Below are positions 40,224 to 49,194 of a DNA stretch of 64,000 nt, piece after piece (the stretch's first letter is position 1; each line of letters starts with the position of its first letter). The position numbers and the translations under genes are program-made. Below the pieces are notes generated by a model that saw only the letters and a program-made list of their open reading frames with translations, had not been told where the DNA came from and ran no database searches. The DNA is from Calditrichia bacterium (GTDB lineage: Bacteria > Calditrichota > Calditrichia > RBG-13-44-9 > J075). The DNA lies in contig JBOEGD010000015.1 of the NCBI GenBank assembly GCA_050633245.1, positions 37,285 to 101,284 of the forward strand. Reading direction: 5' to 3'.

Positions 40224-41639
40224 ATGAAAGAACTATTCAATCGGCTATTCAAGCCAATTCCAATTATTCTTATACTTATTATCGTCGTTATTGTCTGGTA
40301 CTGTAACTACGATTGTTGCTTACCGAAAAAATGTGCCCTCGACGTAAATACAATTACCATAAGCGACACGATATCGGTAAGTAATGTTGTGGATTCAACA
40401 TTCTTCGGAGAGTTTATACTAAACGCAACCCTTCCAGCTCAAATCTGCAACAGAAAGTTGCCGCTCAATATACACTTAAAAAATACATCTAATATGGATT
40501 TGTACTTTTCAGCAAACTTACTGATTGACACTCTAAAATATGTTAGTGAACCTAGTAAAATAGATTCAACCTACCCATTATTTCGAGGATTAATAATCCC
40601 AGCCGGAAACAGTCTGATAATCGATAAAAACTATCACTTTCCTCCGGCAGTCTTATCTGAGTTCGGCAATGCCAATATACGGGTAAAAATCGGCGGCGGA
40701 GTTTGTGTGAACTTGCCGGATGGGGAACCCTGCGATATCAACTCTTGGGATCAACCCCTTCCATTTAGTTTAAATACTTCGAAAGGAGAGATTCAGGTAG
40801 CAAACGCTTCACTCATTTCAATTCCCTCTTTACCTACCGTTCCCTCGCTTCCCATTATGGTGCATGTAGAAGGAAGCACTGTTGAAACAGAAGAAGGTGA
40901 AGTGGAGACCTATTTTACTGCTCAGGCCCGAATCGCTTACAATGACCCTGAAATTATTGATGACGATCCGAAAATTGATTCTAACGGGTTGTTAACTTTT
41001 TACCTGCAAACACATATAGACGGATCCGGAGAGGTTGAAGATGTTGATATTGGCTATAATGTTCATGTCAAGTTCCCCGGAACAACTAATTACTTACCTT
41101 ATGCGGAACATAGTGGTACGGTCACTGCATCGCAAACAGGACAAACACCCCTCACTCCGTGGAAGAAACACACTGTTAGCATTCAATTACCCAAGTACTG
41201 GCCAAGAGATTACTATGATCTTAATATTACTGGCGGGCCTGGTCAGGAAGAGTGTGATCTACCAATATCAGAGCTAAATTATCCTTCTTCAGGCAGCCAT
41301 CCAGGGCTCATCATTACTATGATACCGCAGGGCTTAAACGCAAGTGGGGGTAGGGATTATAATATTCTTTTTGTGACTCCTACCGGAGGTGTAGGTGAGG
41401 AAATCGGAGCTGAAATTTCCTATTCGAGTGAATCTTCTACGGGACAGAATATCTTATCCATCTTCTCAAACCTTGAAGATGGTTCTTACACTTACATTTA
41501 TGACCCGACAAAAACACTCCTGACCACGACAGTTCCAGGTGACCCTGATGCGTTCTGGTTATTCGTAAAAATCCGTAAAATCACATCGTCAGGAATTGTA
41601 ACAAACGAATACATGGGAGTAACTGAATTTACCCCATAA
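40224..41639 (+). CDS. Membrane-anchored, beta-rich extracellular hypothetical protein
   Basis: GGAGG RBS; N-terminal TM followed by 'YCNYDCCLPKKC'; Ig-like beta-rich body. Confidence 0.65.
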   Translation: MKELFNRLFKPIPIILILIIVVIVWYCNYDCCLPKKCALDVNTITISDTISVSNVVDSTFFGEFILNATLPAQICNRKLPLNIHLKNTSNMDLYFSANLLIDTLKYVSEPSKIDSTYPLFRGLIIPAGNSLIIDKNYHFPPAVLSEFGNANIRVKIGGGVCVNLPDGEPCDINSWDQPLPFSLNTSKGEIQVANASLISIPSLPTVPSLPIMVHVEGSTVETEEGEVETYFTAQARIAYNDPEIIDDDPKIDSNGLLTFYLQTHIDGSGEVEDVDIGYNVHVKFPGTTNYLPYAEHSGTVTASQTGQTPLTPWKKHTVSIQLPKYWPRDYYDLNITGGPGQEECDLPISELNYPSSGSHPGLIITMIPQGLNASGGRDYNILFVTPTGGVGEEIGAEISYSSESSTGQNILSIFSNLEDGSYTYIYDPTKTLLTTTVPGDPDAFWLFVKIRKITSSGIVTNEYMGVTEFTP

Positions 41640-41676
41640 TTACAGTGTAGTCAAGAACCGACAAGAGACAGGATCT

Positions 41677-44547
41677 ATGATTTACAAGGCAATGCCGTTT
41701 GCTTCAAAAGCTTCTCTTCAGATTCGTATAGTATTTGTTATCGCCATGAGTCTGTTGGGAAGCTATTGTCTTTTTGCACAAGCTGCCCGAAGCGAGGACA
41801 ACAAAAGCAGTTTTCTGACTGCCGATTCTCTCTGCAAAGCCGGGCTAATAAACTATTGGCAGAATCGCTATCCAAAAGCTATTTTGAATTTTCAAAAATC
41901 CATAGATATTGTTCTTCATGAAGCGGGCGCGGCAAATCTCGATGAACTAAATACGCTTGTCATTCAAAAGCTTTCTCTGGAAAATCAGGTCTTGCTGCAT
42001 ACCTCCTTGAATCGCCTGGGCGTTGTGCAACGAGTAAAGGGAAACACATTTTCCGCCATCGATATTCACCTAAAAGCAAGTAGATTTGCAGCTATCCTGC
42101 CTCCGCCCGACAGCAAGGAATTGGCAGCAAAAATAAATTCCAACTTAAGCCTGGACTACCTCCGCAATGGAGAGTTGCAGCTTGCCAAATACCATGGGGA
42201 CCTTGCTCTCCAGAATTGGAAGGAACTGCAGAATCAATATCCGGGCATAGTACCAGCAACAAAAAAACGAATCAGTCAGGTATACAATAACAACGGTCTC
42301 ATTTTAAGTCAATCCAACTTTTGGCGAGACGCCTTGGGTGCCTTCGGCAAGTCGCTTTCCATAAAGGCTGAATTGCCTAAACAAGGCGGCGCCAGAGGAA
42401 GGGCTATCAATTTCAATAATATCGGAGAGGTGTATTTTAAGATGGGCGTTTGCGATTCGGCTCTTTTTTGGTTCCGGAAGGCAAACAGCATTCGTGAAAC
42501 GAACGGGATTTCAAATCATCTCGAATACGCCCTTACCCAGATAAACATTGGACGAGGATTAGCATGTGAAGGTAATTATCATGACGCTCGCTTCATGTTT
42601 GCCAGTAGTCTGCAACAGATGGAATCTCTGTTGGGAGATCGACATCCTGAATTGGCCCGGGCTCTTCAGAATCTCGCAGCAACCTTCAGTGAACATGGAC
42701 GGCCGGTGCAGGCACTTAAAATTCTGAAAAAAGCGAAAATGACACTAAGCTATCACGTCCCCGGTAGAGCGCTACCCATAGCTTTAAGCAGCAAAGGGGT
42801 CTCCAGTGCTATGCCGCAATGGATTGTCCCGCTAATTTCAAAAACAGACATGGTTTCTATTTTCCGTCAGGAAGCAGCTGTAAACGAACAAATTGCCGCT
42901 ATCCCCCAAACCACGCGTAAAAATCAAGTTCGCCTCCTGAAGGGTATACTTGCGAAATGTGATTCAGCGAATCAGATATTAGACGTACTGAGAGACGACT
43001 ACATTACAGCTGAAGATCAAAGACGCGTTGGTTTGGAAGGAAAACAGCTCATAAATATTGGGTTAAGATCTGCTTACAAACTCTTCCAATTGCTGGGTAA
43101 TAATGCTTATATGTCTATTGCTTTTGAACTGATGGAAAAATCCAAAGCGAACACCATACTCAAAGCAATAAGAGAAAGTGGTGCCAGAAACTATGGAGAT
43201 ATTTCAAAGGCACTAACCGAAGAAGAAACGGCCATTAAAGTAGACTTGGCCTATTACCGCAATCGCCTTTTCGATATTACCCGCTACCAGAAAAGTGCCC
43301 CTGATACGCTGCAACAGGAAGAAATGGAATGTAGGAGCGCAATAGTAAAAGGTTTTCAGGCATATGGTAATGTTAAAAACAAAATCAAAACGTCGCATCA
43401 AAACTACTTCGACCTAAAATACAATCTTTCACGAGTAAGTTTAGACACCTTACAGCAAGTACTGGTCGATAAAAAAATCAATCTGGTAAACTACTTTTGG
43501 GGAGATGAACATCTTTTCGTTTTTCTGGTAAATGCTCAGGGTAGACATTTTTTTCAACTGCCTTTGCCAACTACTGAAGCAATTTTAAACTTCAGAAAAA
43601 GCATAATTTTTGCGGATAACGATTACCTACCGATTGGCTCACAGCTATTTGACAAGCTGTTAAAACCTGTATTGCCATATTTTGTAGGCAATCAACTGCT
43701 TATTATCCCGGACGGCCTACTCCACTTACTACCCTTCGAGGCATTAATAGAAAATACCAGTGCGCAATCCGAAGATCGTAATCAACTCACTTTTGTTATA
43801 GAGAAGTATGTGATTGGTTATAATTACTCAGCAACTCTTTTCGTAGAACAGCTCGAAAAAAATCGTGTTTACACCGATAGATCTTTTTTAGGAATCGCGC
43901 CGGTCTTGTTTCACAATAATCGTCAATTACAGCTAACGAGCTTTGCACCGCAAGCAAGCCTTCCTGACTTACCACATTCAAAGCAAGAAGTTATGGCGAT
44001 TGCGAATATTTTTAACGAATTCGGCCTTCAAAATACAACTCTGATCGAAGAGGAGGCTTCGAAAACAAAATTCTTATCCGAGGCAATTCGCCATAACATT
44101 GTTCACATTGCCTCACACGTGATCCTAAACGCCCCGGAATCTCAATTCTCACGGATGTTTTTGTGGAAAGAGAATGACCTATCAACGACGCAAGACAATG
44201 GCTATCTAAGCCTGCGGGATATTTTTAATCTTCGCTTAAATGCTGATTTGGCTGTGCTGAACGGTTGCGATAGCGGTTTGGGAGATAACATTGATGGTGA
44301 GGGAGTAATTGGTTTTGGTCGAGGGTTGTTTTATGCCGGTTCAAATAATCTGTTATTAACACTTTGGAAGATAGACGATCAAGCTTCCGCTGTCCTGACA
44401 ACAAAATTTTATTCTGAGGTTCTCAATAATAACAAACCGTATCCTCTTGCCTTGCAAACGGCCAAACTATTTCTTTTAAGAGGTGAAGGTTATTCTCATC
44501 CTCGCTTCTGGGCTTCAACTATCTTCCTGGGCAACAACTTCTACTAA
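41677..44547 (+). CDS. TPR-repeat CHAT-domain (caspase-like cysteine) protease, probably exported
   Basis: Signal-like N-terminus; TPRs ('NNIGEVY', 'HPELARALQNLA'); 'IIPDGLLHLLPFEAL', 'IVHIASH' (His), 'LNGCDSGLG' (Cys), 'TLWKIDD', 'HPRFWA'. Confidence 0.93.
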   Translation: MIYKAMPFASKASLQIRIVFVIAMSLLGSYCLFAQAARSEDNKSSFLTADSLCKAGLINYWQNRYPKAILNFQKSIDIVLHEAGAANLDELNTLVIQKLSLENQVLLHTSLNRLGVVQRVKGNTFSAIDIHLKASRFAAILPPPDSKELAAKINSNLSLDYLRNGELQLAKYHGDLALQNWKELQNQYPGIVPATKKRISQVYNNNGLILSQSNFWRDALGAFGKSLSIKAELPKQGGARGRAINFNNIGEVYFKMGVCDSALFWFRKANSIRETNGISNHLEYALTQINIGRGLACEGNYHDARFMFASSLQQMESLLGDRHPELARALQNLAATFSEHGRPVQALKILKKAKMTLSYHVPGRALPIALSSKGVSSAMPQWIVPLISKTDMVSIFRQEAAVNEQIAAIPQTTRKNQVRLLKGILAKCDSANQILDVLRDDYITAEDQRRVGLEGKQLINIGLRSAYKLFQLLGNNAYMSIAFELMEKSKANTILKAIRESGARNYGDISKALTEEETAIKVDLAYYRNRLFDITRYQKSAPDTLQQEEMECRSAIVKGFQAYGNVKNKIKTSHQNYFDLKYNLSRVSLDTLQQVLVDKKINLVNYFWGDEHLFVFLVNAQGRHFFQLPLPTTEAILNFRKSIIFADNDYLPIGSQLFDKLLKPVLPYFVGNQLLIIPDGLLHLLPFEALIENTSAQSEDRNQLTFVIEKYVIGYNYSATLFVEQLEKNRVYTDRSFLGIAPVLFHNNRQLQLTSFAPQASLPDLPHSKQEVMAIANIFNEFGLQNTTLIEEEASKTKFLSEAIRHNIVHIASHVILNAPESQFSRMFLWKENDLSTTQDNGYLSLRDIFNLRLNADLAVLNGCDSGLGDNIDGEGVIGFGRGLFYAGSNNLLLTLWKIDDQASAVLTTKFYSEVLNNNKPYPLALQTAKLFLLRGEGYSHPRFWASTIFLGNNFY

Positions 44548-45305
44548 TCCGAAATAATGTAAATGCGTCGTTGCAAAAGAAGATTTTCATTGTTGCGAAT
44601 ACCCCAGTAGTACAATCCACTTCCCTGCTCTACCGAAATTGTAACTTCACTTATACCAACAGCAACCGGACTCTGAATAAGTTTTTGGTTTTGATTATCC
44701 TTAACAACCAGCTCAACCGGTTCATCAAAAGGAGGCCATGTAAAGGTGATTTCTTTTTCAAACTGAAGTGATAAGTCTTTTGGAATGTACTTTTGAGGAT
44801 TAGTCAATATGGAGCTACGAGTTGTAGCGTTCACAAGCTTATCCAACATAGCATAATCTTTGAATGAGGAATTTAGTATGGTTATGCCTTCACTCTCGGC
44901 ATAGGCGAATAGGCTTTTATCCTTTGTAGCAATATCTTCTGCTTTATATTTTTCTGCCAGTGCAATAAGCTCATTCGATGCCGGAGGGATTCCGAAACGC
45001 CAAACACAAAAAATCAGCGTAAACAATAGCATTCCATTTCTCAATAGAACTCGCGTATCGTACGATTTCTTATTCCCCGAAATCATATTGTCAGAGATTG
45101 AAGTTCGAGATGCACATCGAGGGCACTTTTCGACATGAGCCCTCATTTGTTTTAAGCGCCCTCTCTCGGCCTCAGGTAAGGTCTCTGGATTTTGCATAGA
45201 ATGCTCAACCCAAAATTTCACATCAAGGTCAGACAAATGGAGTCCAATGCCGATCGCCGAGTAATATGATGGATTCTCAGGCTTATTTTCCTTTTTATTT
45301 GGCAT
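44544..45305 (-). CDS. Putative zinc-binding (ZAS, zf-HC2) transmembrane anti-sigma factor with periplasmic Ig-like domain
   Basis: 'HLS' and 'HVEKCPRC' (HxxxCxxC); one TM (LLFTLIFCVW); 'TTRS...FTWPP...GLYYW'; directly downstream of a sigma-like gene. Stop codon overlaps the CHAT stop codon. Confidence 0.7.
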   Translation of the reverse strand: MPNKKENKPENPSYYSAIGIGLHLSDLDVKFWVEHSMQNPETLPEAERGRLKQMRAHVEKCPRCASRTSISDNMISGNKKSYDTRVLLRNGMLLFTLIFCVWRFGIPPASNELIALAEKYKAEDIATKDKSLFAYAESEGITILNSSFKDYAMLDKLVNATTRSSILTNPQKYIPKDLSLQFEKEITFTWPPFDEPVELVVKDNQNQKLIQSPVAVGISEVTISVEQGSGLYYWGIRNNENLLLQRRIYIISD

Positions 45306-45409
45306 ATTAGCTCTCAATTTAATGCACTTTGGGTTGAATAATTGCTTCAGACCAGGTTAAAGTCTATTACTATTTTTCGCAAAATTAAGCAAAACAATAC
45401 TCTAAAAAA

Positions 45410-47020
45410 TTAATCTCTAAAAATAAAATCACACTGCGGTAATGCCTCTTTAAAAACCTGCTTTTCGATAACACTTATTGTTGTAGAATCTAGAATGACT
45501 TTTCTTAGATGATCGAGGGTTGTTATTGCCTCAAGGATTGTATCTTTGGTGAAAACGTTTCCAGCTAAATTAAGTTCTCTCACCTTGCTTAAGTGCAAGA
45601 ACCACTCAGGCAGACTGTCCCAAAGTCGATCAGACAAATCAACAGCAACAATATTTTTCAATAACTCTTCCGGAAAACTCATATCAAAATCATTTTGCGA
45701 CATGAATGAATAATCATCAATACTTCTTATAGAATCGGCAAAAAAGCTCTCAGTGAACGGAATAATACTTTTAACCAGGGTCTTCTCATCTGATTTAAAA
45801 AGTTTCCTTATTTCAATTCGAAAACGATCTTCTCTGCGTCGTAATGTATCAGGCCTTACTTCTTGTAAATCGGGTTTTAATTTCGCCAAAAAGCTGGCAA
45901 ATTCAGAGTAAAAAGTAGTACTACTATCCAGCTCGGCAACCTGTCGTAAATCTTTTAAAGCATCAATCAATGCAAGGTCTATCTTATCTTTACTAATCAG
46001 GTTATTCAGGTCGGGGTTTAAATAGTTTATATGCAACCCCCACTTAATTTTGATCATCATACGATTTTCTGGCCGCTTCGCCAGTTGCTCAATCAGCTCA
46101 GGTATTTTTATTTTACGCTCAAGATTTGGTGTAAGCTCATTCTCGCTCCGAGAATGCAATAAGTTTCCCTCATTAAATCCAAAAGACTCGTTACCATTGT
46201 ACCGGGTTTTTAGTTGAGCATATTCCAAGAGGACAGATTTTTGGTCATTCGAAAGCTCCTCCAGTATAGAATTATTGATAAAAGAATAGAGCTCTTTTCG
46301 TCCTTTAAAAAATCGCTCTTGCTCGTTACCAAAAGGATCATCACCAATTTTATTCAGACCTTCACTCTCCAGAAAGGCATTATAGTTTTCTTTATCCAGT
46401 TTATAAAAACAATCAGAGCCGACATTCTGTTTCAGAACCTCACTAAGCGCAAAAGTTATTGCCCTATAAAGATAGGTTTTAAATTCTGCTTTTTGCGAAT
46501 CATATTGCTGAAAGCTGGGAAGTTTTTCACAAAGATACTCTTTAACCAAAGAAAGAACCATTTCCTGGCGTTCTAAAGAAAGTTTAAGCAGGAATCCACC
46601 AAACTGTCGGCGCGACACGCGTTCAATATAGTCATCATAACAGCCCAAGATTAAAAATGCAAAACGTTCAGGACTCTCTAAACCAGCACTAATTATTTCT
46701 TTGGGTTCTTTATCACAAATAATCTTATAGCATGCCTCGATAGATTCTTTTACTAATTGTAGTGAACGATCTAAACCAATAATACCGGATAAATCAGTCG
46801 TTCGTAACGTCAACAATTCAGTAGTCACCTTTAGGTTATCGCCTCGGGACACTTTTGCGTATTCTCTGCTAATTGTAGAGAGCCGTTCTTTTAAAGTCTC
46901 TTCAAATCTCTTTGGTATAGGAAAGCCTGATTTCTGGAGCACATGCTTAATATTAAGCAGCAATTTCTTATTTAAGAAAAAGTGTAGTCGCTTGTGGTAT
47001 TTAAAGGAATTATATTCCAT
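45410..47020 (-). CDS. ECF-like sigma-70 factor with C-terminal leucine-rich repeat domain
   Basis: Region-2-like 'YDDYIERVSRR...YDSQKAEFKTYLYRAITFALSEVLK'. Region-4-like 'LIEQL...NRMMIKIKWG...DTLRRREDRFRIEIRK'. LRR 'VDLSDRLWDSLPEWFLHLSKVRELNLAGN...LRKVILD...EALPQCDF'. ORF-track start is 47047. Confidence 0.62.
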   Translation of the reverse strand: MEYNSFKYHKRLHFFLNKKLLLNIKHVLQKSGFPIPKRFEETLKERLSTISREYAKVSRGDNLKVTTELLTLRTTDLSGIIGLDRSLQLVKESIEACYKIICDKEPKEIISAGLESPERFAFLILGCYDDYIERVSRRQFGGFLLKLSLERQEMVLSLVKEYLCEKLPSFQQYDSQKAEFKTYLYRAITFALSEVLKQNVGSDCFYKLDKENYNAFLESEGLNKIGDDPFGNEQERFFKGRKELYSFINNSILEELSNDQKSVLLEYAQLKTRYNGNESFGFNEGNLLHSRSENELTPNLERKIKIPELIEQLAKRPENRMMIKIKWGLHINYLNPDLNNLISKDKIDLALIDALKDLRQVAELDSSTTFYSEFASFLAKLKPDLQEVRPDTLRRREDRFRIEIRKLFKSDEKTLVKSIIPFTESFFADSIRSIDDYSFMSQNDFDMSFPEELLKNIVAVDLSDRLWDSLPEWFLHLSKVRELNLAGNVFTKDTILEAITTLDHLRKVILDSTTISVIEKQVFKEALPQCDFIFRD

Positions 47021-47079
47021 AGCGATTTCCATAAAAATAATTGTCAATGACAGATGGAGTAGCCGTATTACTTTACTTC

Positions 47080-47108
47080 TTATAGATTAAATATTGGTTT
47101 TTCGGACA
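47080..47108 (-). promoter_or_regulatory. Putative autoregulatory ECF promoter TGTCCG-N16-TCTATAA upstream of the sigma-LRR gene
   Basis: Minus strand TGTCCG AAAAACCAATATTTAA TCTATAAG. Confidence 0.75.
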
Positions 47109-47399
47109 AAATATTTTGATACGATCTCTCGGGCTCTTACTACTACTAGATCCTTGTAATTTCTAGCAGCATAGCTGATGTTCTTTTTAAGCCGTTCTAT
47201 AGAAATGTTGGCTATTTTTGAACTATCCAGTTACAAAATGCATTTTACAAAGCAACTTTCTTCGGAACACAATATGCGGAATATTTACTAACAAAAACAG
47301 AATTGAACTATGAACCGCACAAATACCTTGAATGGGGAGTAAAACAATATAAAGGCAATAAAGGCCCATAGCCAATTAGATCTTTATTCCTCGCCCCCC

Positions 47400-47503
47400 T
47401 AACCACCCTATCCAGCCCTCGATACTGAATTACCTGCCCAACAGGATGCGGCTGAGAACACTGGCACTCGCGCATGGTGTCAGTGTAGTAGCCGCAGGAG
47501 CAC
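47400..47503 (-). pseudogene. comM: comM 3' relic no. 2 (internally deleted)
   Basis: Translates [32 protein letters not shown]: the ComM CPCG...C.C motif joined directly to the C-terminal QYRGLDR. Confidence 0.8.
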
Positions 47504-47680
47504 CCGTGCAGTCGCTAGTTACAAACGAGCTAAGTTCAATAAAATCAAGTGGCGGGTTACGACTTGTTCTGTAGAACATTCAATAATTTAGCGAATAACT
47601 AAAAGAGTAAAGGCTTTGTAAAGGTAATTCGCTTAGAAAGAACTCTACTTTTGAAAAGCACGATTTTTCGGGGGGATTAC
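47500..47680. repeat. Island end/att arm, copy 2
   Basis: GCACCCGTGCAGTCGCTAGTTACAAACGAGCTAAG..AAAATCAAGTGGCGGGTT and degenerate TCTACTTTTGAAAAGCACGATTTTTCGGGGGGATTAC. Confidence 0.75.
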
Positions 47681-47821
47681 ATAGGACATAATTCTTTTCT
47701 GCTACGTGGCATGGATAACGTGAAAGTGGGGTTTGCAATGTCCACTATGGCGTATAATATGAAGCGCGCAATTAACATTATTGGAGTAGGAAATCTAGTT
47801 GACGGGCTTAAGACGATATAG
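47681..47821 (+). mobile_element. IS1182-family transposase C-terminal fragment
   Basis: IGHNSFLLRGMDNVKVGFAMSTMAYNMKRAINIIGV resembles the 'FLLRG..KV..E......AYNLKR' end of IS1182 transposases. Confidence 0.7.
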
Positions 47822-47914
47822 AGAGACTTAGTGTAAATTCTTTGGCATCAAGCAGCGTATGTTTGGTCTAAAAACACGACAAAACTCGCAATACGTTGTG
47901 GAAGGAACTTGCCT

Positions 47915-48637
47915 AATATGCAGATTCGGTGCAATCGGCAGATTGTGTTTAGAATCCGTTGTGACTTTAAACTTGCGCAGCCTGAGAGCCCTGAGCCCTT
48001 CCTCACGCATAATACGCGCTATCCGGTCAGGCTGCACTCTATCCCCAATGCACGCAGCTCGCGATAAATCCGTGGACTACCATAGCGATTTCTGTATTCT
48101 TTAAACGTTGCCCTTACATGCGTTCGTAATGCCTGATTGGCACGCTGCCGATTGCTGATTGGACGTTTGAGCCAATTATAGTAACCGCTTGGTGATACAC
48201 ACAGATTGCGGCACAGTCTTTTCACAGTAAATGCGCGGCGATGAGTATGAATGAATTCATACTTCATTTGCTGTTTTTCGAAAAGAAGGCCAGAGCTTTT
48301 TTTAGTATTTCACGATCCTCTTTAACCGAGGCCAACTCGCGTTTGAGTTGCAGATTCTCTTCCTCCACCGACAAGCGGTTGCCGTTTCCTGAAAGAACCT
48401 CGCTGCCGTTTGCTTGATACTGGCGAATCCCGTTACTAATTGTATTCGGATGGATACCGATTTCTCAGGACACCTCTGCCTGGCTACGGCCTTCTGCAGT
48501 TATCTGCAGCACGACCTCTTCTTTAAATTCTTTGGTAAACTTCCGTCTGGTTTTCTTCTCTGTCATGGAACACCTCTTTAGGCATTTGAGTGAATATAAC
48601 GCTTAACTATCGTGTCCACAAAATCGGGGGAAGTTCA
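47915..48637 (-). mobile_element. Truncated IS3-family element (IRL, orfA with internal stop, frameshifted and truncated orfB)
   Basis: IRL TGAACTTCCCCCGATTTTGTGGACAC at 48637. orfA 48566-48264 'RRKFTKEFKEE...REILKKALAFF'. orfB '[10 protein letters not shown]', '[11 protein letters not shown]', '[14 protein letters not shown]'. Confidence 0.92.
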
Positions 48638-49194
48638 CTTTCTAAATGGTAAAGTTGGACAGTTAATTCAGTATATCCAATATGTAATTAATTTTTAATT
48701 GTGGACAATTATATAAAAGTTTTGTAGAGTTAAAAAACTCCCCACCCAAGATACCTCTAAAAAATTATTTATTAGCAGGCTCATAAAATAAGCATCTTCG
48801 CTAATAGAAAAGGATTCAGTTGGTTTGAAATTAATGTCGAAAGCCATTTACCAGATAATTGGCAAAAAGACATTATTGACTTTTTCTTTACAACATTTAC
48901 ACTTAAGAGTGCTTACTCCTTCCTCCGTAACTTCGAGAGAAGTTGATAAGAATATAGAAATCCCTGTATGAACGGTAGGTAGAAAAAATCGTTGATACTT
49001 ACCATGGGGAAAGGAATTATATGCAGATACCTTTAAGAGATTAACTAATTCAAATTTTTCAAGTTTATCAGGTATGTTTCCCGGTTTTTGATTATGTAAT
49101 GCTAACAAGCTCAATTTAAATCCTTCAATAACCAATTAATTTTTAGAATTGTCTTTTAATGATTGTGACTATTTAGTTCAGGGAGTATTTCTTT

